DNA from: Gemmatimonadota bacterium | GTDB taxonomy: Bacteria; Gemmatimonadota; Gemmatimonadetes; Palauibacterales; KS3-K002 | DNA: 64,000 nt | Direction: 5' to 3' | NCBI GenBank assembly: GCA_039586795.1 | Contig: JBDHJS010000032.1 | Span: forward strand, 13,566 to 77,565 | In this document: positions 26,619 through 36,895 of the stretch, one piece after another | How the letters are laid out: every line of letters begins with the position of its first letter | Numbering within the stretch: position 1 is the stretch's first letter | Made by a program: the position numbers and the translations under genes | Notes under the pieces: generated by a model | The model's input: the letters and a program-made list of their open reading frames with translations, nothing else | Database searches by the model: none | What the model was told of the DNA's origin: nothing

Positions 26619-29600
26619 ATGCGCATACGACCCATATTTGTGATTGCACTGCTCGCGTTTGCCTCATCTTCGGCGACGGCCCAGGAAGAGCGCCCCTTTG
26701 CCCGTTTTCCGTCCGTAAGCCCCGATGGAAGAATCGTGGCATTCTCCTACCAGGGCGACATCTGGACGGTGCCGGTGGATGGCGGTCGGGCGACCCGGCT
26801 GACGATCCACGAGGCCTATGAGAGCTATCCGCGTTGGAGCCCCGACGGCGGACGAATCGCTTTCGTCAGCGATCGCTACGGCTCGGACGACATATTCGTT
26901 ATGGATGCGACGGGCAGCGGGGTGACGCGCCTCACGTTCCATTCGGCGGCTGACGTACTTGGCGGCTGGACGCCGGACGATCGCCTGTTGTTTCAAACGC
27001 GGCGAACGTACGCGCAGGTTGAACGCGAGCCCGAGATCTACGAGGTATCAGTTGCCGGCGGCACGCCGAACCGCTTGCTGAATGGGCTGGGTTTCACGCC
27101 ACGCATGTCGCCGGACGGTCGCTTCATCGCGTTCGTATTTCGGACGAATGGAGAGTTCCGAAAAGGATACGTCGGTCCTGCGAACAAGGACATCTGGGTC
27201 TACGACACACAGGCCAACCGTTACACGCGATTCACGAACTACGACGGAAATGACTTTCGGCCGGAGTGGGTGGGCTCGCGGACGCTTTTGTTCGTCAGCG
27301 AGCGAGACGGAACCTACAACGTGTATCGCCGAGGCATAGACGACAATGGGGACGCTTCGGGAAGTGCCGAGCAGGTTACGAGCTTCACTGGGGACGGTGT
27401 GCGTACGTTCGGAGTCAGCGCCGACGGCGCGACGCTCGTTCTCGAGAGACAAACCGATCTGTACGTAATGCGTGGTGGCGGTGCTCCCGCGCTTCTAGGG
27501 ATCGACGTCCCCGCCGACGATCGTTTCGACCCGGTGGAGCGCCGCACTTTCACGAATCAGGCGAGCAGCTTTGATATATCGCCGGATGGGAAGCTGATTG
27601 CGTTTGTCGTGCGTGGTGAATTGTTCGTGACGGAGAACGACAGCGAGAAGAACCGCACCGTGAGGCTCACCAGCCACCCGTATCGCGACCTGGATGCGAT
27701 GTGGACCAGCGATTCGACGCTCATATTCGCGTCGGATCGAGAGGGGCAGTTCGATCTCTACATGCTGGAATCGGCCGACCCGGATGAGTCGAATCTGTTT
27801 CGGAGCTTGAAACACCGCGCCGTCCGGCTCACTGACTCCGAGGAGGATGAGCGGCTCTACTCGCTGTCTCCGGACTATTCGAAGCTCGCCTTCGGCCGCG
27901 GACGTGGAGAGCTGGTGGTCGCTGAGATAGAGGGCGGGCGCCTGGGCGGCGAACGCGTTTTGCTTGATGGTTGGGATACCCCGGGCGGCGTGTCGTGGAG
28001 CCCAGACGGCCGCTGGTTGGCCTACTCGCTGGACGACCTGGATTTCAATACCGAGATCTACATACACGCTGCGGATGACTCCGGCGAGCCGGTGAATTTC
28101 ACCAAGCATCCAAAGGGTGATTACTCTCCGGTCTGGAGCAAGGACGGCAGCAAGCTCGGCTTCATCTCGGCACGCAACAACGGCGACGCCGATATTTGGT
28201 TCGTCTGGCTCCGCCACGAGGATTGGCAGAAGACGCAACAGGATTGGGAGGAACAAGACGGAGAAGAAGAGGACGGCGAGGACGACGGCGATAGTGACGA
28301 GCCCGAGCCGATCGAGATCGACTTCGAACGTATCCACGAACGGCTCGTTCAGGTTACCTCGTTGCCGGGCAACGAGTCGGACCTCGCAGTATCGGAGGAC
28401 GGCGAGACCTTCTTTTTCGTCAACAATCGCTCGGGTCGAGCGTTCTTCGAGGCCGATCAGGACCTCTATAAGGTGAAATGGGACGGCACTGATATGGAGG
28501 CGCTCACGACCGGAGGCCAATCGCCCTTCGGAGTATGGCTCGGGCCGGATGGTAAATACCTCTACATGGGGCGTTCCGGTGGCCGGCTTGCTCGGGTGAA
28601 GACCGACGGTGGAAGGGTCGAGGGGTTGCCCTTCTCGGCACGTGTAGAGATTGACTACCCGGAAGAACGACGGCAGGTGTTCGGTGAGGCGTGGCGCGTG
28701 TTGAGGGACGGTTTTTACGACCCGAACTTCCACGGTCTCGATTGGGAAACCGCTGGAGAGAAGTATGGCGCCTGGGCGGACTTGGCCTCGACCAACCGTG
28801 ATTTTCGGGACGTATTCAACATGCTGCTCGGCGAACTGAATGCCAGCCACTTGGGCCTGTACGGACCGGACCGCGCCGAGACCCAAACCGAACGCACCGG
28901 ATTGCTGGGTGTCGAGGTCGACCCCGTTGCTGATGGCGTCCTGGTCGAACGCGTGATCCCGGACTCGCCGGCGGATCGTGAGGCCAGTCGGCTGTTCGAG
29001 GGCGACGTCATTACTGCGGTCGAAGGAGTTCCCGTCGCCGGCTCGAACTTCTACGCTCTGCTGGTCGACCGCGTCAGTCAGAAGACCGTGCTCACGGTTC
29101 GCGGAAGCGGCGGAGCCGGGCGCGATGTCGTGATCCGGCCGACCGGTAGCCTGCGTGGAAACCTGTATGAGGAGTGGGTGCGAGATCGTAGGGAGCTCAC
29201 CGAGAGCTACTCGAATGGCCGGTTGGGCTATATCCACGTCCAGGGTATGAATTGGCCGAGCTTCGAGAGGTTCGAGCGCGAGCTGGTCGCCAGCGGCGAA
29301 GGCAAGGATGGCATAGTGGTCGACGTCCGCTACAACGGCGGTGGCTGGACTACGGACTACTTGATGGCCGTGCTGACGGTTCAGCAGCACGCGTATACTG
29401 TTCCCCGAGGTGCGGCGAATAATCTACAGCAGCAGCACACGGAATTTCGCGCGCACTATCCGTACGGCGAGCGGCTTCCGCTGGCCGCGTGGACGAAGCC
29501 GGCAGTCGCTCTGTGCAACGCGAGCTCGTTCTCAAACGCCGAAATCTTCTCCCATGCTTTCAAGACACTCGGCAGGGGTACCCTGGTTGGTGAGCCAACC

Positions 29601-29828
29601 TTCGGCGCCGTGATCTCTACCGGCGGCGCCGGCCTGATCGACGGCTCTTTCGTGCGTCTGCCGTTCCGCGGCTGGTACGTGAAGGCGACTGACGAGAACA
29701 TGGAGAACGGTCCGGCGGTGCCCGATATCGTCATCGAGACGCGGCCGGATTCTCGCGCCGAGGGTGAGGACGCGCAGCTCCGCGCGGCGGTGCGTGAATT
29801 GCTGCGGCAGATTGACGGCGAGGGTTGA
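26619..29828 (+). CDS. Secreted tricorn-like S41 protease
   Basis: Signal peptide, PD40 beta-propeller repeats (WSPDG), LGELNASH, PDZ, DVRYNGGG, SFSNAEIF and ENGPAVPD. Confidence 0.93.
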   Translation: MRIRPIFVIALLAFASSSATAQEERPFARFPSVSPDGRIVAFSYQGDIWTVPVDGGRATRLTIHEAYESYPRWSPDGGRIAFVSDRYGSDDIFVMDATGSGVTRLTFHSAADVLGGWTPDDRLLFQTRRTYAQVEREPEIYEVSVAGGTPNRLLNGLGFTPRMSPDGRFIAFVFRTNGEFRKGYVGPANKDIWVYDTQANRYTRFTNYDGNDFRPEWVGSRTLLFVSERDGTYNVYRRGIDDNGDASGSAEQVTSFTGDGVRTFGVSADGATLVLERQTDLYVMRGGGAPALLGIDVPADDRFDPVERRTFTNQASSFDISPDGKLIAFVVRGELFVTENDSEKNRTVRLTSHPYRDLDAMWTSDSTLIFASDREGQFDLYMLESADPDESNLFRSLKHRAVRLTDSEEDERLYSLSPDYSKLAFGRGRGELVVAEIEGGRLGGERVLLDGWDTPGGVSWSPDGRWLAYSLDDLDFNTEIYIHAADDSGEPVNFTKHPKGDYSPVWSKDGSKLGFISARNNGDADIWFVWLRHEDWQKTQQDWEEQDGEEEDGEDDGDSDEPEPIEIDFERIHERLVQVTSLPGNESDLAVSEDGETFFFVNNRSGRAFFEADQDLYKVKWDGTDMEALTTGGQSPFGVWLGPDGKYLYMGRSGGRLARVKTDGGRVEGLPFSARVEIDYPEERRQVFGEAWRVLRDGFYDPNFHGLDWETAGEKYGAWADLASTNRDFRDVFNMLLGELNASHLGLYGPDRAETQTERTGLLGVEVDPVADGVLVERVIPDSPADREASRLFEGDVITAVEGVPVAGSNFYALLVDRVSQKTVLTVRGSGGAGRDVVIRPTGSLRGNLYEEWVRDRRELTESYSNGRLGYIHVQGMNWPSFERFERELVASGEGKDGIVVDVRYNGGGWTTDYLMAVLTVQQHAYTVPRGAANNLQQQHTEFRAHYPYGERLPLAAWTKPAVALCNASSFSNAEIFSHAFKTLGRGTLVGEPTFGAVISTGGAGLIDGSFVRLPFRGWYVKATDENMENGPAVPDIVIETRPDSRAEGEDAQLRAAVRELLRQIDGEG

Positions 29829-29843
29829 ATAGGGCCGTATCGT

Positions 29844-30500
29844 ATGGGCTATCGCGTCCGGAGCAGGGCAGGCGCCGGGCAGTTGCTGCTTACAGTAGCG
29901 TTTGCTGCCTGCGGGAGCCACACCGTAGACTCTGACTCGCCGTCTGCTGTCGAGGACTGTTGCAGCGAATTCGACTACGTGCTCGAGGTCACGATCTTCC
30001 AGATCGACGTGGTGCATCTGTATCTGCGTGTCGATCCTGAGACAGGTCTGGCCGTCTCGAGCTTGGTGTCGCGCGGCAGTCGCTCACGAGCGTTGGAAGA
30101 TTCAGTCGTCGAAGCACTGCTTAGGACTCCGAGCGCCTACGCGCGTATGACTTTTCTGATGGAAATGTCGGCCGAGCGGTTTCTGGACAACACTATAGAG
30201 ACCCTCGAGGGGATGGGTGAAGAGGGTTTGCTGACCGCTGCCGAGGTCGATAACCTCGTCCGATCGGCTCGGCGGCGGTTTGCGTTTCTCAATGAATCCG
30301 GCATCACGGCAGGCGACTATCTCGAACAATTGCTCCACGGCGACTCGCTCAAAACGCGATTCTTCAGGGAAGACGGCGAACGTAGCATGGAGGATGTGCA
30401 GATTGGACGCGCGCACAGGATCGCGCTGCTGGGGTCTTATTTCTCGGAAGCGTCAGACTTCCGAGACGGTCTGCTCGATCAGGTGTTCGGGTCCAGATGA
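29844..30500 (+). CDS. Hypothetical lipoprotein, possibly chalcone-isomerase-like fold
   Basis: FAAC lipobox. The pattern TIFQIDV..LYL / ARMTFL..MSAERFLD / GD / ALLGSYF..LLDQVFG resembles CHI-like lipid-binding proteins; the fold call is tentative. Confidence 0.55.
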   Translation: MGYRVRSRAGAGQLLLTVAFAACGSHTVDSDSPSAVEDCCSEFDYVLEVTIFQIDVVHLYLRVDPETGLAVSSLVSRGSRSRALEDSVVEALLRTPSAYARMTFLMEMSAERFLDNTIETLEGMGEEGLLTAAEVDNLVRSARRRFAFLNESGITAGDYLEQLLHGDSLKTRFFREDGERSMEDVQIGRAHRIALLGSYFSEASDFRDGLLDQVFGSR

Positions 30501-30606
30501 AGAGCAAGGACCGCGAACTCGAACGTCCTCCTGGAGGCCTGTTCGTTCGCCGAGTTGGCCGGCTCGCTCCCTTCCGCGTCATGACCGCATCACATAGCGG
30601 ACCTCG

Positions 30607-31563
30607 ATGAGTGTCACGGCGGCCCCCTCGTCGGCAGATGTATTGATCGTCGAATCGGCGACGCGGCGGTGGGGTGAACGCGTCGCGCTCGACAGCGTCA
30701 CGTTCAGCGTGCGTGCTGGAGAGCTCTTCGCGCTAATCGGCCCAAACGGTGCCGGGAAGACCACTCTCATCCGCGCCGTCACCGGGCGGGCGCCGCTCGA
30801 TGACGGCCGAATCGAGATTCGTGGGCCGGAAGCGTCTGGCTCGAGCAAAGGAGCGTCGTTGGGGCTCGTGCCACAGTCTCTTGCTATCTACACGCATCTC
30901 ACGCCGCGTGAAAACCTCTCCGTCTTCGCACGACTGGCCGCAATGCCGCCTGGTGTTATCGAGGATGCCGTTCAGGCTGCGCTCGAACGCGTGGGTCTGG
31001 AATCGAGGGCGGGTGACCGCACATCTAGCTTGTCAGGCGGTATGCAACGCCGCCTGAATATCGCGGCGGGAATCCTTCACAACCCTCCATTGCTACTGCT
31101 GGACGAACCCACGGTTGGTGTGGACGTGGTCGCACGTGAAACCATCCACGACGTGCTGCGCAAGCTGCGACGCCTGGGTATGGCGATACTCCTTACGACG
31201 CACGATCTGGATCAAGCGGGTGAGCTGGCCGATCGTGTGGGCGTGCTATCGCATGGACGGCTGCTTGCGACTGATACCCCCACCCGTCTCATCGCCGAGA
31301 CCTTCGGGTCGAAGCGAGAACTCTTAGTGACACTGCACGACGCCCCGAGTCCCTCCGCACAGAGGGCCCTCGAAGGCTACGGGCTGCGCAGCGCGAACGG
31401 TGGTACTGTCTGGGGCGGGCAGCTTATGGGCGGACTGGATCAGGTTTCGATACTGGAGGACACGCTCGCCGAAGCCGGCGCGAACGTAGACGAAGTGCGG
31501 ATCCGCGAACCGTCTCTCCGCAGCGTGTTCTTCAACCTCACCGGCGAGGACGTGGCCCCATGA
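30607..31563 (+). CDS. ABC-2 type exporter ATP-binding subunit
   Basis: GPNGAGKTT, LSGGMQRR and LLLDEPTVGVD. Confidence 0.95.
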   Translation: MSVTAAPSSADVLIVESATRRWGERVALDSVTFSVRAGELFALIGPNGAGKTTLIRAVTGRAPLDDGRIEIRGPEASGSSKGASLGLVPQSLAIYTHLTPRENLSVFARLAAMPPGVIEDAVQAALERVGLESRAGDRTSSLSGGMQRRLNIAAGILHNPPLLLLDEPTVGVDVVARETIHDVLRKLRRLGMAILLTTHDLDQAGELADRVGVLSHGRLLATDTPTRLIAETFGSKRELLVTLHDAPSPSAQRALEGYGLRSANGGTVWGGQLMGGLDQVSILEDTLAEAGANVDEVRIREPSLRSVFFNLTGEDVAP

Positions 31564-32669
31564 GCTGGGCGGTGTTTCGAGTGATGCTTTTGGGCTTGAT
31601 TCGGGATCGTGGTGCCCTCGCCATGACGTTCTTGGTTCCGTCCGTCTTCTTCCTCGTCTTCGCATCGATCTTCGCCGCCTCGAGTGGAGGCAATTTCCGC
31701 CCCCGAGTCGCCGTCGGGTACGATTCCGGCTCCCCCTGGACGGGTGAGTTCGTGACGGAATTGCGTTCTGAAGATGCTCTGGATATCACCAGGGTTTACG
31801 AGGACGATGCGGATAGCGTGCGCGATCTGGTCCGCCATGGTCGTGTCGACGTTGGTCTCTTGATAGAGAGTGACCCTGACAATCCCGACCGACCAGGCTT
31901 CGTGATCGTCCATGATCCCGCTCGAAATGTGGCGTCACAGATCCTCACTGCCAGTATTCAGCGGGCCTATGCGGTCACGTTCGTGATTCCGAAGCCGGCA
32001 GCGGGACAGCTTCCATCGTTCGCTCCGACGATCGACATTCAGGCCGCGACCGGAGGTGCGGCGGGCTCGAATGAGGTCGCCTACTCAGCGGGCGCGGTCG
32101 CTTTGCTGTTCTTGCTGCTGTCAGCAGTGCACGGTGCCGTTTCATTGTTCGAAGAACGCGACAGTGGGATCATTGAGCGTTTGGTCGCTGGGCCGGCGGG
32201 AACGCGGCCCCTGGTGGACGGGAAGTTTCTCTACCTCACGGTCCTTGGGATCGTCCAGATCTTTGTTATCTTCGCGTTGGCTTGGCTCGTGTACGGCGTA
32301 AATGTGCCGTCGCGCTGGCTGCCATGGCTTGTTATCAGCGTGGCGGCGGCGGCGTCTGCTGCGGGACTGGCTCTGGCGTTGACCACTTTGTTTCCCACGC
32401 GGCACCAGGCGCTGACGTTTGCCAACGTGACCGTGCTCATCATGTGCGCCCTCGGTGGAAGCATGATCCCGCGATTTCTGATGCCGCCGTTGTTGCGGCA
32501 GGCGGGTTGGGTCACGCCGAACGCTTGGGCCCTGGAAGCCTACACGTCCATCTTCTGGCGCGGGGATCCATTGACAGCGCTCGGGTTACCGTTGTCTCTT
32601 CTTGCGGTCGCTGCGCTAGTTGGTCTCATGCTGGCGCGCCGAAACGCTCGGCGCCTGGAAGCGCTTTAA
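31560..32669 (+). CDS. ABC-2 type exporter permease
   Basis: N-terminal TM, extracytoplasmic loop, EERDSGIIERL, LGGSMIP and TPNAWAL; ATGA overlap with the ATPase. Confidence 0.92.
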   Translation: MSWAVFRVMLLGLIRDRGALAMTFLVPSVFFLVFASIFAASSGGNFRPRVAVGYDSGSPWTGEFVTELRSEDALDITRVYEDDADSVRDLVRHGRVDVGLLIESDPDNPDRPGFVIVHDPARNVASQILTASIQRAYAVTFVIPKPAAGQLPSFAPTIDIQAATGGAAGSNEVAYSAGAVALLFLLLSAVHGAVSLFEERDSGIIERLVAGPAGTRPLVDGKFLYLTVLGIVQIFVIFALAWLVYGVNVPSRWLPWLVISVAAAASAAGLALALTTLFPTRHQALTFANVTVLIMCALGGSMIPRFLMPPLLRQAGWVTPNAWALEAYTSIFWRGDPLTALGLPLSLLAVAALVGLMLARRNARRLEAL

Positions 32670-32709
32670 GCGGCCGGCAGCGGTTGATATACTGAGCCAG
32701 GAGAAACGG

Positions 32710-33189
32710 ATGTCAGTACTGCTTAACAGTCTTCTGTTCCTAGGCGCTTTCGCCGGTATGGAACTCGTCGCGTACGTGACGCACAAGTACGTGATGCACG
32801 GCTTCCTTTGGAACCTGCATGAGTCCCACCACGTCTATCACGATGGTTGGTTCGAAAAGAACGACCTCTTCGGAGTTCTCTTTGCGATCCCATCGATTGT
32901 GCTCATCTACTTCGGTGTGAATCACTATTCGCCGTTGCTGTGGGTCGGCTTCGGGATGACCGCTTACGGCGCTGCGTACTTCGCTTTCCACGACATCATC
33001 GTCCACCGGCGAGTCAAGATACCCTACAAGGCGAAGAACGCTTACATGCGGCGGATCGTACAGGCGCATCGTATGCACCATGCGACGGTCGAACGCGCTG
33101 GGGCCGTGTCGTTTGGGTTTCTTTATGCGCCGGGGCTCGAGCGTCTGAAAGCGCAGCGCGAACGGATCGCCGCCGAGGGATCCGAATAG
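32710..33189 (+). CDS. crtZ: Beta-carotene 3-hydroxylase
   Basis: HKYVMHGFLWNLHESHH, FEKNDLF, HDIIVHRR, AHRMHH and VSFGFL. Confidence 0.95.
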   Translation: MSVLLNSLLFLGAFAGMELVAYVTHKYVMHGFLWNLHESHHVYHDGWFEKNDLFGVLFAIPSIVLIYFGVNHYSPLLWVGFGMTAYGAAYFAFHDIIVHRRVKIPYKAKNAYMRRIVQAHRMHHATVERAGAVSFGFLYAPGLERLKAQRERIAAEGSE

Positions 33190-33190
33190 C

Positions 33191-34132
33191 TCACGCGTCT
33201 TCCTGCGGGATGGGCCACAATCCAGCACGCTCCTCAGCCATACGGTTCCCGACGACCTGACGGCCGGTCGTATGGGCGACGGCGATCACCACCCATCTTA
33301 GCTTCCCCGCGAGCGAGATGGACACTCGTTCATCCCACGCGTTTTGCCCGAGCCTTCGAACAACGTGACCGATGTCTCGGTAGATGAGTCGCGCGGCTGC
33401 TATAGACCAGGCGGAACGGAAGGGCAACTGCGCGATACCCACCAGGGCAGAGGTGTAATATCGCTCGGCCTCATCGAGCAACTTCCCGATGGCCACCGCG
33501 AGTGGCGCACGGTACTCCGAGTGTGTAATGCGGTCGGGATCGATTCCGCTTTCGCGAATCCACTGTCGAGGGACGTACACGCGACCCGCGTCAGCGTCGC
33601 CGATGACATCGCGCGCGATGTTCGTCAGTTGGAACGCAATACCTAGATCGGCCGCCCGGTCCAGAGCGTCGCGGTCTCGCACGCCCATGATGCGGGCCAT
33701 CATCACGCCGACGACCCCGGCAACGTGATAGCAGTAGCGGATCGTATCATCCAGGGTGTCGAAGTCGTCGCCACGCACGTCCATGGCGAAGCCGTCCAGG
33801 TGGGCGAACGGGTAGATCTCCGGCATGTCGTACTCCGCGACGACGCGGCTCAGCGCTCGGAACGGCACCTCCTCGACCGGCTCGCCCGCCAGGGCCAGAC
33901 GCGTCTGCTCGGTCAGGTACTCGAGGACGTCGGCGGGCGGTCTTTCATGCGATTCATCCGCGAATCCCAGTTTCTGTCCGTCCACGCAGTCGTCACAGTA
34001 GCGGCACCACGTATAGAGCAAATGGGCGCTGTTGCGAATCGGTGCGGGAAGAAGTAAAGACGCGGTGAAGAAGCTCTTCGAGCCTTTTGCGATGGTCTTA
34101 CGACTCTCCCGGAGCACTGCGTCGGTGGTCAT
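33191..34132 (-). CDS. crtB: Phytoene synthase
   Basis: GSKSF, CRYCDDCVD, YCYHVAGVVG and FQLTNIARDV. Confidence 0.95.
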   Translation of the reverse strand: MTTDAVLRESRKTIAKGSKSFFTASLLLPAPIRNSAHLLYTWCRYCDDCVDGQKLGFADESHERPPADVLEYLTEQTRLALAGEPVEEVPFRALSRVVAEYDMPEIYPFAHLDGFAMDVRGDDFDTLDDTIRYCYHVAGVVGVMMARIMGVRDRDALDRAADLGIAFQLTNIARDVIGDADAGRVYVPRQWIRESGIDPDRITHSEYRAPLAVAIGKLLDEAERYYTSALVGIAQLPFRSAWSIAAARLIYRDIGHVVRRLGQNAWDERVSISLAGKLRWVVIAVAHTTGRQVVGNRMAEERAGLWPIPQEDA

Positions 34133-34143
34133 CTCTCCCTTTG

Positions 34144-35649
34144 TTAGCTTTTCCCGAGGTCTTCGAGGATCAGTTTTGCCGTCGCCTTCGCAGAGCTCAC
34201 CACGCCGGGCACACCGGCCCCGGGATGCGTCCCGGCTCCGACGAAGTACAGACCCCTGAAGCGGTCGTCTCGATTGTGCACGCGGAAGTAAGCACTCTGC
34301 GTCAGCACGGGCTCGAGAGAGAACGCCGATCCTTGGTACGAGTTGAGCTCGGTGACGAAGTCGCTGGGTGTGAATATACGACTCGTGACCAGATCGTCAC
34401 GCAGGCCAGGAATGCACTGTGCTTCCAGGTATTCCAGGATGTGATCGCGATAACGCGGGCCTTCCACCGACCAGTCGATATCGGCTTTTCCGAGATGTGG
34501 AACCGGCGCCAGGACGTAGAACGCCTCGCAGCCATCGGGCGCTAGAGAGGGATCGGTGACGGTCGGCACATGCAGGTAGAGTGAGGGGTCATCGGCGAGG
34601 ATCCCTCGCTCGAAGATATCATCGAGTAGTTCACGATATCGGGGTCCAAACAGCACCATGTGGTGCGCTAGCTGTGGATGCTTGGTGCGCGTTCCAAAGT
34701 AGATGAGAAAGAGCGACATGGAAAAACGACGTCTTCGCAGACGTCTGGCCTGGCGGCGCCCCCAGCTTTCGTGACCGAGAAGACGTCCGTACGTGTGAAC
34801 GACATCGGCGTTGCTCGCGACGACGTCCGCCTGAAGTTCACTGCCGTCAACGAGCTTCACCCCGCGAATCTGCTTTCCCTCGGTCAGAATCTGCTCGACG
34901 GCGGTGTCAAGCAGGACCGTCCCGCCGATCGACGTGAATAAATCAGCTAGCGCACGTACAAGTGCGCCTGTGCCTCCGCGGGGGAAGAAGACGCCCCACT
35001 TGCGCTCCAGCATATGAATGAGCGTGTAGATCGCCGACGTACGAAACGGGTTTCCTCCCACCAACAGTGCATGGAAACTGTATACCTGCCGCAGGTGTGG
35101 GTCGCGAATGAATCGCGAGACGATTCCGTAGACGCTGCGATACGCCGCCAGCCGGATCAGCTGTGGCGCTACTCGAACCATGCTACCCCAGTCCAGGAAG
35201 GGTACGTCCGCCAGTTTCACGTACCCCTGCTCGAATACCTCAGCGGCATACGCGAGGAATCGGGCATACCCATCCACATCGGGCGGGTTCTTATCGTGGA
35301 TCTGCCGGTTGGTAAGCTCGAGGTCGTTGGTGTAGTCGAATCGGTAGCCGTCTTCCCATTGCAGTCGATAGAAAGGCCACACCGGCATCAGCTCCACCCA
35401 GTCATCTATCTTCTGGCCGGCGATTGTGAAGAGCTCTGTTAGCAAGTCGGGCGCGGTGATCACCGTTGGGCCCGCGTCGAAGGTGAACCCGTCCTGCTGA
35501 TACACGTAGGCGCGCCCGCCGGGCCGATCACGGCGCTCAACGAGCGTCGTCGATACGCCAGCCGCCTGCAGTCGAATGGCCAGTGCTAGCCCACCAAAGC
35601 CGCTCCCGATTACAACAGCCAACCGTTGGGATCTCGGGTTCTCAGTCAT
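34144..35649 (-). CDS. crtI: Phytoene desaturase
   Basis: IGSGFGGLALAIRLQAAG, FDAGPTVIT and GAGTHPGAGVPGV. Confidence 0.96.
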   Translation of the reverse strand: MTENPRSQRLAVVIGSGFGGLALAIRLQAAGVSTTLVERRDRPGGRAYVYQQDGFTFDAGPTVITAPDLLTELFTIAGQKIDDWVELMPVWPFYRLQWEDGYRFDYTNDLELTNRQIHDKNPPDVDGYARFLAYAAEVFEQGYVKLADVPFLDWGSMVRVAPQLIRLAAYRSVYGIVSRFIRDPHLRQVYSFHALLVGGNPFRTSAIYTLIHMLERKWGVFFPRGGTGALVRALADLFTSIGGTVLLDTAVEQILTEGKQIRGVKLVDGSELQADVVASNADVVHTYGRLLGHESWGRRQARRLRRRRFSMSLFLIYFGTRTKHPQLAHHMVLFGPRYRELLDDIFERGILADDPSLYLHVPTVTDPSLAPDGCEAFYVLAPVPHLGKADIDWSVEGPRYRDHILEYLEAQCIPGLRDDLVTSRIFTPSDFVTELNSYQGSAFSLEPVLTQSAYFRVHNRDDRFRGLYFVGAGTHPGAGVPGVVSSAKATAKLILEDLGKS

Positions 35650-36794
35650 GTCGATCTTCCGGCGTTTGTCTCCATCAATGCTTTGATTGCGGCTCCGATC
35701 GGTACCGGAGGCACACCAGCGAGAATCCGGAAACCGTCGAGCGCAGTTAGGCGCGCCGCGTAGAAGCGTGCGATTAGGCGTTCCGGCAACGTATAGAACC
35801 GCTCCAACACGCGATAGCGCCGATGGGGCTCGGCGGCGAGGTAGAGCATTCGGTTAAGGCCACGGAAGAGACGCCCAGATCTCCACGAACTCTCGGACAG
35901 TCCACGAAGCAGCCGATACGCATCGTTCGGCGTGGTCTTGGCAAGCAGGTCGGCCGAGCGTACCGCGCTGGGAAGCGAATAGCCTGTAGTCGGATGTACG
36001 AGCGCCGCCCGCAGCCCGATCCGCGCCAGGCGATCGGTGTCGCTCCAGAATTCGTCGATGTCGCCAGACAACAGGACGGGCAATACGCCCGATTCTTCGC
36101 GCTGGACTCCGGATACCGACCAGCCCGAACGCTCGGCGTAGAGAAGGATCTCGTTCCTGATCGCCTGCGCATCGATCTCTGGAGAGTCGCTGTAGTAAGT
36201 GTCTTCGATGAGCGCCGTTCGGGATGTGAATGGCAGGACATAGACGAAACGAAATCCGTCCATCTGGTCGACCGTGGCGTCCATCAGGATGGGATGGTTC
36301 AGTTCGATCGGTCGTTCGAAATCGACAACTTGCCCGAGAAACTTCTGGTAACCTAGACCCAGGGCAGCGCTCGACATAAACCCGCGACCGTCGACGACCG
36401 TGGCAGCGCTGTAAACCTCGCCGCTGGCCAGCGTCACCGCCTGCTCGGTCATTTCGGAGACCTCGACTCCGAACTGCACCTCCTCGCCGAGGCTCGCTGC
36501 GATGCGCTCGTGGAAGTCAGCCGACTCGATGGACTGATAGCCCTGGGCGATCACTCTGCGATATCTTGGAAAGCGTACCTCGTGCTGCGGCCAGCGGTGA
36601 CTGACCAACGGTTCCATCCAGGCCTGTTCTTCAGGCGTCAGGTCCCCGTCGTGAAACGACCAGGTGTGGTTCCCGCCCAGCGTGGGCCCGCGTTCCAAGA
36701 CTCTGAATTTGAGATCGGGGCGTCGCTCTATGATGCGGTATGCGGCCAGGCCGTTGGCCAAACCGCCCCCTACGAAGAGATAGTCGAAGTCCAT
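35646..36794 (-). CDS. crtY: Lycopene beta-cyclase (alternative GTG start at 36824)
   Basis: GGGLANG, GGNHTWSF, YQKFLG, MDATVDQ, IEDTYYSD and HPTTGYSLP. Confidence 0.94.
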   Translation of the reverse strand: MDFDYLFVGGGLANGLAAYRIIERRPDLKFRVLERGPTLGGNHTWSFHDGDLTPEEQAWMEPLVSHRWPQHEVRFPRYRRVIAQGYQSIESADFHERIAASLGEEVQFGVEVSEMTEQAVTLASGEVYSAATVVDGRGFMSSAALGLGYQKFLGQVVDFERPIELNHPILMDATVDQMDGFRFVYVLPFTSRTALIEDTYYSDSPEIDAQAIRNEILLYAERSGWSVSGVQREESGVLPVLLSGDIDEFWSDTDRLARIGLRAALVHPTTGYSLPSAVRSADLLAKTTPNDAYRLLRGLSESSWRSGRLFRGLNRMLYLAAEPHRRYRVLERFYTLPERLIARFYAARLTALDGFRILAGVPPVPIGAAIKALMETNAGRST

Positions 36795-36895
36795 GCGACC
36801 CGAGTCAGTGTGTGTCTTGGGCACAGTCCGTAGCTCTCGGGGAAGATGATACCCCGGCTGTTGCTAGGAAACCCGCGTGCGCCTCACAATGCAGA

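Noticed and set aside
27495..29390. 631-aa minus-strand ORF, and similar long ORFs at 22145..23395, 11042..12091, 58111..59265 and 8676..9533
   Set aside because: They are antisense shadows of well-supported genes, expected from GC-rich codon bias, and show no motifs.
32710..36794. Photosynthesis gene cluster or rhodopsin locus
   Set aside because: No bch, puf, rhodopsin or blh gene is in the window.
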